DNA of 64,000 nucleotides from Trueperaceae bacterium (GCA_965213925.1 OZ243927.1:4416001-4480000); one strand, 5' to 3'. Numbered from the stretch's first letter, positions 47,779 through 56,887 are shown. The notes: generated from the sequence alone by a model not told the origin. Program-made: numbers and translations.

Positions 47779-47900
47779 GCCCTCGGACGCGATGAAACCT
47801 GTTTCGCAATGAGCTTCGGAAGGGAAGCGTAACGCGGCCTTTCCGAAGTTCTCTTGGGCGCTTGAAACAGGCGGAGCAAGTAGCGCAACCGGCCGGGGGC
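47779..47900 (+). ncRNA. c-di-GMP-II riboswitch with an inserted hairpin
   Basis: P1 GCCCTCGG/CCGGGGGC; GGACGCGATGAA; CCTGTTTC/GAAACAGG; loop GGGCGCTT pairing with AGCGC of GGAGCAAGTAGCGCAACCGG, matching the class II consensus with covariation. Confidence 0.82.
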
Positions 47901-48032
47901 ACACCTTTGCTTTCTCACGTCATCTTCTGCGTCTATCCCCTTGCGTTCTCCCTGTGCCCACCTAACCGAGTTGAGCTGAAGCCTGGCTCGCCAGGTCTCA
48001 ACACACTCACCGGGGTCATTTGGAGGCAGAGG

Positions 48033-49943
48033 ATGAAAAGGAACATTCAGGTTGTGAAACGGACGCTGACTCAGTATGCTAAAGGCGTGGTGGCGGCTCT
48101 GTTACTCCTTTTATTCGCGGCGTGCGGCGGCGTAACCCAAGCACCTACTTTGGATACGCTCGCGGCGACCTTGGCGACGAGCGAGCACGGGCTCGTCGTC
48201 GAAGCCGAGGCGTTTCACGCGAAGGCGGCTAAGGGCAAGCACCAGTGGAAAGCGCGCGGCGACGCGATGTACGCCTTGCCCGACGTCAAAACGACCTACA
48301 ACAGCAACTTTACTTTGAGAAGCCCCCGCTTGGACTACCGGATCAGCGTCGAGCAGCCCGGCACCTACTACGTGTGGGTCAAGGGAATGGCGGCCGGCAG
48401 CTCGAAGGGCAGCAGCGACTCGGTACACGTCGGCTTAAACGGCAAAGCGGTAAGGAGCGCCGACCGTATCAGCGGCTTTGGTACCCGCTTCGGTTGGAAA
48501 AAGGGAACGATGGACGGCCCTAGAGCCAAGCTCAAGCTGAGCGCGGGGACCCACACCCTCAACGTCTGGATGCGCGAAGACGGTTTCGCGTTCGATAAGC
48601 TCGTCTTAACCCGCGACGCTAGCGCGAAGCCCGCCGCCGTCATCAAGGCGACCGAAAACGAGCAAGAGGCGACCAGCGGTCCGGCGCTGCCCGTGCCGAG
48701 TAGCAAAGAGAACACAATGAGTTTACCGCGCGTAAAAGCGAAATCTGCGGGCAGCTTTATCGACAGCATCGGCGTGAACACGCACCTGCACTACCAGGGC
48801 ACGGTCTACGACAAACGCTACGAAGACCTTATCAAGCCTAAGCTTTTAGAGCTAGGCGTCCGCCACATCCGCGACGGCGCGTACACCTACGAGGAGGCAG
48901 GGCGCAACACCTTCTTCTACAAGCGGCTCCGCGAGCTAGGCGCGGCGGGCATCGACTTCAACCTGCTCACCTCATTAGAGACCCCCTATAACGACGCCAC
49001 GGACTACAGCAAGTTGGACGACGTCGTCTCCTGGACGGACGGCGCGGTCACTTCGTTCGAGGGCATCAACGAGCCCGACTTGCAAGGCATCAGCGGTTGG
49101 GTCAACCTCACCAGAGACGCGCAGAAGAAACTCTACGGCACCGTAAGGGGCAACCCGGCGCTCAAGGACGTAAAAGTTTTAGGTCCGTCGCCCGTATGGA
49201 AGGCGAAAGACTTGGGCGACTTGAGCCGCTACATGGACTACGGCAACACCCACCCTTACCCCGGCGGTAAGATGCCGACTGGCAGCGAGTACGGTCAGAG
49301 CACCCAAACCAGCATGGTCAAAGCCTCCAGAAACAGCGGCGTCAAACCCGTCATGTTCACCGAAACGGGCTATCACAACGCCCTCAAAACCGACAACGAT
49401 CACGCACCGACCTCCGAAGCGGCGACCGCCAAGTACCTCCCCCGGATGCTCCTGGCGCACTTCAACATGGGCGTGCCGCGCACCTACCTATACGAACTCA
49501 TCGACAGCAAGTCCAAAGGGCGCAGCACGGACCCCGAGGCGTCCTTCGGGCTCTTGCGCAACGACGGGTCCGAAAAGCCCGCCTTTAGAGCGGTGGAGAA
49601 CCTCATCGACTTGCTGGAGGACTCCGGCACCTTCACGCCCGGCGCGCTCAACTTCTCGCTGAGCGGCAGCGCGGACGACGTCCACCAGACGCTCCTGCAG
49701 AAGCGCGACGGCACCTTCTACTTAGCGCTCTGGTCGGCGAAGGAGAGCTGGGACCGCGACTCGAGAGAAGACGTCCGCGTGAACGCGCAAAACGTCACCG
49801 TGACGCTCGGTTCAGACGTTAAGAACGTGACCTTACATACCCTAAACGGCGCGGGGCGCATGTCCAAAAGAGCAGTGTCCTTACAGAACGGCTTGGTCGA
49901 GCTTAAGGTCGGTGACAGCGTGACGGTGCTCGAGCTTCGTTAA
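48033..49943 (+). CDS. Lipoprotein glycoside hydrolase, clan GH-A (GH5/GH39-like), with an N-terminal CBM-like beta-sandwich
   Basis: Lipobox LFAAC; EAE..REDG..FDK domain; GVNTH, NEPD acid/base, HPY, TETG nucleophile, FGLLRNDGSEKPAF. Confidence 0.85.
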   Translation: MKRNIQVVKRTLTQYAKGVVAALLLLLFAACGGVTQAPTLDTLAATLATSEHGLVVEAEAFHAKAAKGKHQWKARGDAMYALPDVKTTYNSNFTLRSPRLDYRISVEQPGTYYVWVKGMAAGSSKGSSDSVHVGLNGKAVRSADRISGFGTRFGWKKGTMDGPRAKLKLSAGTHTLNVWMREDGFAFDKLVLTRDASAKPAAVIKATENEQEATSGPALPVPSSKENTMSLPRVKAKSAGSFIDSIGVNTHLHYQGTVYDKRYEDLIKPKLLELGVRHIRDGAYTYEEAGRNTFFYKRLRELGAAGIDFNLLTSLETPYNDATDYSKLDDVVSWTDGAVTSFEGINEPDLQGISGWVNLTRDAQKKLYGTVRGNPALKDVKVLGPSPVWKAKDLGDLSRYMDYGNTHPYPGGKMPTGSEYGQSTQTSMVKASRNSGVKPVMFTETGYHNALKTDNDHAPTSEAATAKYLPRMLLAHFNMGVPRTYLYELIDSKSKGRSTDPEASFGLLRNDGSEKPAFRAVENLIDLLEDSGTFTPGALNFSLSGSADDVHQTLLQKRDGTFYLALWSAKESWDRDSREDVRVNAQNVTVTLGSDVKNVTLHTLNGAGRMSKRAVSLQNGLVELKVGDSVTVLELR

Positions 49944-49966
49944 ATCGGTTAGAACGGCACATGAGC

Positions 49967-50002
49967 AGGCGGAGGTTTTCGTAATCTCCGCCTCTCCTTT
50001 TG
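49967..50002 (+). terminator. Intrinsic terminator after the glycoside hydrolase
   Basis: AGGCGGAG / CTCCGCCT stem followed by CTCCTTTT. Confidence 0.6.
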
Positions 50003-50038
50003 GTTTGATCGCCTCGAGCCAAGGTCCAGCCCTTCGCT

Positions 50039-51874
50039 CTAGGGGGTACTCGTCAGCGTCCGCTGCGCGGTGTCTTTCGGCGTCAGCACGAGCGAAACGA
50101 GCACCGCGCCGGGCTCCAGCTCGAGGCTTTCTTCGGTCACGACGGTGATGCGCTTGCCCCGGATGACGAACATCGGCAGGTAGTTCTCGCCGTGGACCTC
50201 TTCAAAGTCTTTTAGGCTGAATTCGGCGGTGATGGGCGTTTTTTTCAGCTCGCCGCCCTTGTTGAAGAGGTTGTTGAGCTGCGCGTAGGTGGTGCCGCCG
50301 TAGAAGATAATCCGTCCGCGCTGCTCTTGGCTCAGATTTTCGCGGGCGCGGCTGCTACGACCCGGCTCCAACTGGAAGACGTGACCTGAACCGAACTCAC
50401 GGGCGAATTTAAGCGCCGCTAATGCGTTCGCCTCGTCGTTCGAGGTGAGCGCCAAGAGATTGCCGATGCCCGAGAGCCGCAGGTCGTCGTCGCTGCGTTC
50501 AGACAAAGGGCTACCGTAATACGCCTCTAAGCCTTCGATGCGCGCGGTTGCCACGTTCGACCAGTTGGTGTCCGACACGACGACGCTAAAGCCCTCACCC
50601 TTCAAAAACGCCGCGATGCGCCGCGCCACGCTGTGCGCGCCCATGATGAAAAGACCTTGCGGGTCGGGCTCCGCCACGCCTAGAAGTTGTGCGACCGGCT
50701 TGGCGGTAAGGCTGTTTAGGGCAACTGTACCGACGATAACGATAAACACGAGCGAGGTGAGAATGCCCGCGCCCTCGAAACCTGCTGCGACGAGCCGCGC
50801 CGTGAAGAGCGAGGTCACCGCCGCCGCCACGATGCCGCGCGGCGCGATCCACGACAAGAAGAGCTTTTCGCGCAGCGAAAGCGGTGAACGCACCGTGCTC
50901 GCAAAGACGTTCAAAGGGCGTATCACGAGCATGATCACCGCGACGAGCGCTAAGCTCTGCCAAGAGAGCGCCTCCATAAAGGACGCCAGCTCGATATTCG
51001 CCGCCAACACGAGGAAAAGAAGCGAGATAAAGAGGATGGTCAAGTCCTCCTTGAAACTCAAAATCCCCTCGATATTCGGCACGTGCCGGTTCGCCATGAT
51101 AATGCCCATGACAGTCGTCGCCAAAAGCCCCGACTCCTCGGCGAAGCCGTTCGAAATCGCGAACACGGTGAAAACGAGCGCCAGCGACACGAAGTTGATG
51201 AGGTAATCCGGGATAAAGCGGCGGCGCAGCAAAAAGGCTAAGAAGAGCCCGCCGATTACGCCAACGACGGTGCCTACAGTGAGGAAGCGTAAAAAGAGCA
51301 AGATGGTTTGCCCGAGCGCTTCGCTGCGGTTGCCGAGCAAGATGTACTCGAAGACCAGCACCGCCACGAGCGCCCCGACGGGGTCGATCAAGATGCCTTC
51401 CCACTTGAGCACGTTGGCGATGCGCGACGTTGGTCTCACGTTGCGTATAAGCGGACCGATGACGGTGGGCCCGGTGACGATGACGAGCGCCCCGAAGAGC
51501 GACGCGAGCGAGAGGTCGAGCCCGACGATGTAGTACGCCGCCGCCGTCGCGCCGAGCCAGGTGATGAGCGAGCCGACAATCACCAAGTTGAGCACCACGC
51601 GGCGCACTTCGCGCACTTCGGGCAGGCGTAACGTCAGCCCGCCTTCGAAAAGGATAAGCCCTACCGCCAAACCGATGGCGGGAAAGAGCAGGTCCTCGCC
51701 GATAAAGTCAGAGGGCGCAACGACGCCGAAAACGGGACCGATCAGAAAGCCGATAATGAGGAGTGGCAGAATCGCGGGCAGATTCACGCGCCACGCGAGC
51801 CACTGCGCCACCGCGCCCAAAGCGATGGTCAGCGCGATAAAGAAGCCGGGGTTTAGGTGAAATATCTCGTGCAT
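50039..51874 (-). CDS. NhaP-type cation:proton antiporter (CPA1) with a C-terminal TrkA-N-like domain
   Basis: ILFEGGL, VTGPTVIGP, EGILIDP, APRGIVAAA; cytoplasmic Rossmann-like tail. Confidence 0.9.
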   Translation of the reverse strand: MHEIFHLNPGFFIALTIALGAVAQWLAWRVNLPAILPLLIIGFLIGPVFGVVAPSDFIGEDLLFPAIGLAVGLILFEGGLTLRLPEVREVRRVVLNLVIVGSLITWLGATAAAYYIVGLDLSLASLFGALVIVTGPTVIGPLIRNVRPTSRIANVLKWEGILIDPVGALVAVLVFEYILLGNRSEALGQTILLFLRFLTVGTVVGVIGGLFLAFLLRRRFIPDYLINFVSLALVFTVFAISNGFAEESGLLATTVMGIIMANRHVPNIEGILSFKEDLTILFISLLFLVLAANIELASFMEALSWQSLALVAVIMLVIRPLNVFASTVRSPLSLREKLFLSWIAPRGIVAAAVTSLFTARLVAAGFEGAGILTSLVFIVIVGTVALNSLTAKPVAQLLGVAEPDPQGLFIMGAHSVARRIAAFLKGEGFSVVVSDTNWSNVATARIEGLEAYYGSPLSERSDDDLRLSGIGNLLALTSNDEANALAALKFAREFGSGHVFQLEPGRSSRARENLSQEQRGRIIFYGGTTYAQLNNLFNKGGELKKTPITAEFSLKDFEEVHGENYLPMFVIRGKRITVVTEESLELEPGAVLVSLVLTPKDTAQRTLTSTP

Positions 51875-52526
51875 ATTGGTCTCACTGAAGCGTTAGAGGC
51901 GCTCCAAAGGTGCTGGGCTGGGCGCGGAACCGGCAGGCGCGGCAGAGATACTTGCGTCACTTCTTTCATGACAGCTTCCTCCCACGGAATAGATAGTGTG
52001 ATTTAGAGGCTTTGACCTCTTCTCGAGTCGTGATAAGCAGAGAGCGCGAAACGGTTTTTACGTTTCTAGTAGCCCTTCGAGCAACCCTTTAGATAGACGC
52101 TCGAGGCTCAAAGCGCATCTAACGGAGCTTCGCGTCGTCATCATTCGCTAACTATACGTGATTTCCTCCTACCCGATGTCGGTTACAACGTGCACCGCGC
52201 GCTCCGCATCTGTTAGCGAACGCGCGCTGAGCAGGTGCGCGCTAGTACCGGTTCACGCTTTACCAAGATGCAACGCCAGACGCTCTATGCTCGGCTTGCC
52301 GCCGCGAGGACATACTCAACGCCCTACGCGGCTAAGCACGCTGCACGATGCGACACCGAAAACTAGAAAGGTGGACCACGCTGAGAACGTCATGGAAAGA
52401 GGCAAATGTTGTAGGGGGGACTCATGAACCCCCCGCCCATTTTGTTTATGTCGCGCAATCCCTCTACCTTAAATGATGTGACTTCTTGTGACTTTCTTAA
52501 TGTGGTGAGTCAGTATAAGCTAACGT

Positions 52527-52823
52527 GTGAACGCCTACTTAGTCAAAACTGATCACGGCGACGTGCTCGTGGAGGTCAACCCCGCGTGCAACAACGCCTT
52601 GGAAAAAGATTTGCTCCTCTTCCATAAGCCCACGCCGGACAACACGCAAGACATCAACATGGAGGTGCCGCTGCGCGCCTTTAGCGCTAAGATGGTCGAC
52701 ATCATCGAGGGCGTCGGCACGCCCAACGTAGACGCGAGCCCCAAGCTTTTAGCGATGATGAAAGAGGAGAAAGCCACCGAAGACCTCGCCCGCATCGAGA
52801 GGTGGGCCAAGGCGAACGCCTGA
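52527..52823 (+). CDS. 98-aa hypothetical protein
   Basis: TAAGCT -10 five nt before GTG; normal codon usage. Confidence 0.75.
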   Translation: MNAYLVKTDHGDVLVEVNPACNNALEKDLLLFHKPTPDNTQDINMEVPLRAFSAKMVDIIEGVGTPNVDASPKLLAMMKEEKATEDLARIERWAKANA

Positions 52824-53040
52824 TACGGATTCCGCTTAATTCCCTATCACCGAGAAAAAGCCTCGGCGATAGTCCATACGCTCCATCCGTATATTTGTTC
52901 TTAATCGCAGAGGAGTCCTCAACTGGGCGTATCATGCCGTTATAAACGCCCGTAGTGTTGATTTGAAGATGCTACCTCCAGTTGAGGACTCTTTCGCTCG
53001 GATTGATCCGCGTATATTAGCGAATCAATCGGAATTCGTA
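52824..53040 (+). repeat. Deinococcus-type MITE-like structured repeat, copy 2
   Basis: Ends TACGGATTCCG / CGGAATTCGTA; fills the whole gap between two convergent stop codons. Confidence 0.88.
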
Positions 53041-53541
53041 TTACTCCTCGACCTCGATGACCTCGCCTAAGTTTTCCAAGCTCGACTTGTAGAGGTGTAG
53101 CGCCAAGTCCTGCACTGCGCTGATCGCCTCGCTGTTGCGCAGGGCGCTGTCTACGCGGCTGTTGGCGACGGCGAGGCTCGAGGCTAGCACCTCAGGAAAG
53201 ATGGGCCACGGTCCCTCAAAAGGTCCGTCGTCCGCATATTGCTGGCTCACGCCTTCGTTCGTTATCTGCGCGGGCTGCTCTCGCTCGGGCACGGTGCGAC
53301 TAGGCGCAGACCCGTTCGTGCTGACAGACCCTCTCAACTTCGAGAGCGCCGCTTCGCTCGCTCTACGCTCGGCTTCGCGCTTGTTGTTACCTTCACCCTT
53401 GCCGTAGACCTCGCCTTGGATGATCACGTCGCTCACGAAGGTCGGTTCGTGCTCGGGTCCGGTATTTTTGGTGTCGAATTTGGGCTTGGCGAGCCCCGAC
53501 TGCTTGCAGTGCTCGATAAGCACGCCTTTGGGATGTTGCAT
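53041..53541 (-). CDS. Stand-alone double-stranded RNA-binding domain protein
   Basis: HPKGVLIE..Q..GL..P.F...TGPEHEPTF...G.G.NKREAE..A...AL, plus a separate helical C-terminal domain. Confidence 0.85.
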   Translation of the reverse strand: MQHPKGVLIEHCKQSGLAKPKFDTKNTGPEHEPTFVSDVIIQGEVYGKGEGNNKREAERRASEAALSKLRGSVSTNGSAPSRTVPEREQPAQITNEGVSQQYADDGPFEGPWPIFPEVLASSLAVANSRVDSALRNSEAISAVQDLALHLYKSSLENLGEVIEVEE

Positions 53542-53886
53542 TCTGCTCCTCGTTGGGTAGCCGCCGCCCTCTCAGCCCCCCTTTAGCTTTGAGCAGGCTA
53601 GCACTACCTTATAGTGTATTGAATAGTGTATTGATTTAGATTCGCGTCTCGTTCGCTGCCTCTCAGCGCGTTCGCACGTTGCGCACTAGGAGGCAGGTCA
53701 TCTCATGCTACAACGTTTTACCTTAGGGTAGCGTTAGCCCCGGTCGAGTTCTTCTCACCTTTGCCCAAAGGTGTGAGAAAGATAACGCCACAAACGGATA
53801 GTTTACGTGAATTTATCGATTTTTTTGATAAAGTATACATTTGCTTGGGCTGCTATATTCGTTTCGCTAAACCCTCAGGGAACTTG

Positions 53887-54136
53887 AATACAGCGTTAAA
53901 TAAAAAGTAAGCCGTGTCATTCTGAACCCTACAGCAAGCTATAGGATAGACTCCACCCTACGGCGAGCGTAGGATAGACTCCGCGGAATCGAAGAATCTC
54001 TGACCGCCTTCCCGTGAGAGAGCGAAAGGCGAAACCCGTAGGCTGCGCTCCGCAAGGCTGCGCGTCACTGCGTTTCCACTAGCGACTTCGTGAACGGGGT
54101 GACGACAATGTTGCAAAACTTAATTAACGGTGCATT
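53887..54136. repeat. About 250-bp IR-bounded structured element (MITE/REP-like) upstream of the ATP-grasp operon
   Basis: AATACAGCGTTAAATAA (53887) vs reverse complement of 54120-54136 AATGCACCGTTAATTAA; internal GTCATTCTGA..GAAGAATCTC and a tandem hairpin repeat. Confidence 0.55.
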
Positions 54137-54255
54137 GAGGAAAGAGGTTGCGATGTTGCTCGGAACGCCGACGCCTTGCTCTTTACGTAAGGTGATGTGA
54201 TATTCTTTGCAAATGCTTGTTCAGTCCCTCTCACCTCTCACCTCAGCTCACCCGC

Positions 54256-55707
54256 ATGTTTGACGACTACAGACCCGGCGGCTTCTTCGACGAGGCGTTT
54301 CGCACCCCGGATGACCCGAGGGAGCACTACAGCAAGATCGTTTCGGGCTTTGGCGCGTATGGCGCTGACGAGTTCGGGCGGCGACGCGCGCTCATCGACC
54401 TCACGCTCCGCAATCAAGGCATCACCTTTACCGTTTACGGTGACGAAGCGGGAACCGAGCGCACCTTCCCCTTCGACCCCTTTCCGCGCGTGATTCCTGC
54501 GGACGAGTGGGCGCACCTAGAGCGCGGGCTCATCCAGCGCGTCCGCGCGCTCAACCTCTTTTTAGATGACGTTTACCACGACCAAGAAATCCTCAAAGAC
54601 GAGGTTATCCCGCGCCACCTCGTTTTGAGCAACGACAACTTTCGCCCGCAAGCGCAGGGCATCGACGTACCGCACCGCGCCTACACGCACATCGTCGGCT
54701 GCGACCTCATCCGCGACGAGGAGGGGACCTACCGCGTTTTAGAGGACAACCTGCGCAACCCGAGCGGCGTCTCGTATATGCTCGTCAACCGCAATGTGAT
54801 GGCGCGGTCCTTCCCCAAACTCATGGCGGGGCGGGGCGTGCGCCCAATTTCGCACTACACCTCGGCGCTCTTCGAGTGCTTGAGCAGCCTCTCGCCGAGA
54901 GACGTGGCGACGCCGACCATCGTCGTGCTGACGCCGGGGCAGTACAATAGCGCCTACTACGAGCACGCCTTCCTAGCGCAGCAGATGGGCGTCGAACTCG
55001 TCGAAGGGCGCGACCTCTTCGCCGAAGACGGGCGCGTCTGGATGCGCACGACGCGGGGCAAAGAGCAAGTGGATGTCATCTACCGCCGCATCGACGACAA
55101 CTTTTTGGACCCTTTAGCCTTCCGTAAGGAGTCGATGCTGGGCGTGCCGGGGCTCGTGGACGTGTACCGCGCAGGGCGCGTGGCGCTCGCCAACGCTGTC
55201 GGCACGGGCATTGCGGACGACAAAGCGATGTACGCTTATGTGCCTAGAATTATCGACTACTACTTGAATGAAGAGCCCGTCTTGCCCAACGTCGAGACCT
55301 ACTTGGGGAGCGACCCGGAGAAGCTCGAGTACATCTGCAATAACGCCGCCGACCTCGTCATCAAAGAGGTGGGCGGCGCGGGGGGCTACGGGATGCTCAT
55401 CGGTCCTGAAGCGGACAAAGAAACCTGCGAGAAATTCGTCGAGCGCGTGCGCGAAACGCCCAGTAACTACATCGCGCAGCCCGTCCTCAAACTCTCGCGC
55501 CACCCTACCTACTACGCCGACAACCACGCCTTCGAGCCCTGCCACGTGGACTTGCGACCTTACATTCTAGTGGGCGAAGAGATCACCGTCGTGCCGGGAG
55601 GACTGACCAGAGTCGCCCTCAAGCGTGGCTCCTTAGTCGTCAACTCCTCACAAGGGGGCGGCTCGAAGGACACGTGGGTGCTGGCGGACGAGGGCGAGGT
55701 AGCATGA
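54256..55707 (+). CDS. Circularly permuted type 2 ATP-grasp protein
   Basis: QGITFTVY, GLIQRVRALN, DLIR..VLEDNLRNPSG, YRRIDD, GGYG, VNSSQGGGSKDTW. Confidence 0.93.
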   Translation: MFDDYRPGGFFDEAFRTPDDPREHYSKIVSGFGAYGADEFGRRRALIDLTLRNQGITFTVYGDEAGTERTFPFDPFPRVIPADEWAHLERGLIQRVRALNLFLDDVYHDQEILKDEVIPRHLVLSNDNFRPQAQGIDVPHRAYTHIVGCDLIRDEEGTYRVLEDNLRNPSGVSYMLVNRNVMARSFPKLMAGRGVRPISHYTSALFECLSSLSPRDVATPTIVVLTPGQYNSAYYEHAFLAQQMGVELVEGRDLFAEDGRVWMRTTRGKEQVDVIYRRIDDNFLDPLAFRKESMLGVPGLVDVYRAGRVALANAVGTGIADDKAMYAYVPRIIDYYLNEEPVLPNVETYLGSDPEKLEYICNNAADLVIKEVGGAGGYGMLIGPEADKETCEKFVERVRETPSNYIAQPVLKLSRHPTYYADNHAFEPCHVDLRPYILVGEEITVVPGGLTRVALKRGSLVVNSSQGGGSKDTWVLADEGEVA

Positions 55708-55711
55708 GCCT

Positions 55712-56887
55712 ATGCTGAGCCGCATCGCCGAAAACCTCTACTGGATGGGGCGCTACGTCGAACGCGCCGAGAATACCGCACGGCTTTTGGACGTGAACTA
55801 CCACGCGATCGTCGAGGTGCCGCTGCAACCTGGCACGAGGGGAATCGTGACCGAGCAGTGGGCTCCCTTGCTGCATATTTTAGACGACGAAGCGCGTTTT
55901 CGCGAGCACTTCGAGCGGGCGGATAGGAACACCGTTCCGGAGTGGTTGGCGGTCAGCGCCGACAACCCGAGCAGCATCAGAATGAGCCTCACCCACGCCC
56001 GCGAGAACGCCCGCACCCTGCGCGACCGCATCTCCACCGAGATGTGGGAAACGCTGAACCGCGCCTATTTGGAGCTGTGCGACGGCAGACGCGAGGACAT
56101 CGCCCAGGAGACCCTGCACGACTACTGCGCCACCGCGCGCGAGTCGAGCTACCTCTTCTTCGGCAGCGCCGACGCGACGCTGCCCCGCGACTTAGGCTGG
56201 TATTTCTTAAAAGCAGGGCAATATTTGGAGCGCACCGACAACGTGCTGCGCATCCTCATGGTGCGCTACCGGCAATACAAGGGGCAAGAGGTGGTGGCGC
56301 GCGGCGTCGAGACGCATAGGGGCATAGCGCTCCTAAAGTCCATCAGCGCCTTCGAAGCCTTTCGCAAGCGCTACCACAGCGCCCTAGACTCGAGCCACAT
56401 CGCCGAGTTTTTACTGCTTGACCCCTTCTTTCCGCGTAGCGTACGCTTCAGCGCGAACGTCGTTTACGACGTGCTTAAAGAGATCGAAGCGCGCAACCCC
56501 GACGTCTCCGCCGAGCCGAGCCGTCAAGCGGGCTGGCTTGCGGCGCAGCTCGAGTACATGCCCAGCGCCGACAAGGTCACCGAAGAGGAAGACCCGAGCT
56601 TGGAGTCGCTGTTGAGGGGGTTAGCCGCACTCTCGGACGCGGTCTCGAGCGCCTACTTCGACTACGCCAGCGCGCAGCAGCAAGCACAGAGTCAGTCCCA
56701 GGGTAGTCAGAACCAGAGCCAGTCGCAGAGCCAGAGCGGGGGCGGTTCGCAGAGCCAGAACCAATCTCAGAGCGGAAACGTCAGTCAAAGCCAGAGCCAG
56801 TCGCAAGGCGGGCAGAAACAAAATAAACGCGAACAAGACGAGCAAGACAAACGCCAAGAACAGCTCTTTTCAAGGGGGGACATCTGA
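55712..56887 (+). CDS. Alpha-E domain protein with a Gln/Ser-rich C-terminal tail
   Basis: MLSRIAENLYWMGRYVERAENTAR, ARENAR..R..IS.E.W, G.YLER.D, FPRS. Confidence 0.93.
   Translation: MLSRIAENLYWMGRYVERAENTARLLDVNYHAIVEVPLQPGTRGIVTEQWAPLLHILDDEARFREHFERADRNTVPEWLAVSADNPSSIRMSLTHARENARTLRDRISTEMWETLNRAYLELCDGRREDIAQETLHDYCATARESSYLFFGSADATLPRDLGWYFLKAGQYLERTDNVLRILMVRYRQYKGQEVVARGVETHRGIALLKSISAFEAFRKRYHSALDSSHIAEFLLLDPFFPRSVRFSANVVYDVLKEIEARNPDVSAEPSRQAGWLAAQLEYMPSADKVTEEEDPSLESLLRGLAALSDAVSSAYFDYASAQQQAQSQSQGSQNQSQSQSQSGGGSQSQNQSQSGNVSQSQSQSQGGQKQNKREQDEQDKRQEQLFSRGDI

Noticed and set aside
53926..53982. CRISPR array
   Set aside because: Two adjacent repeats with no spacer and no cas genes
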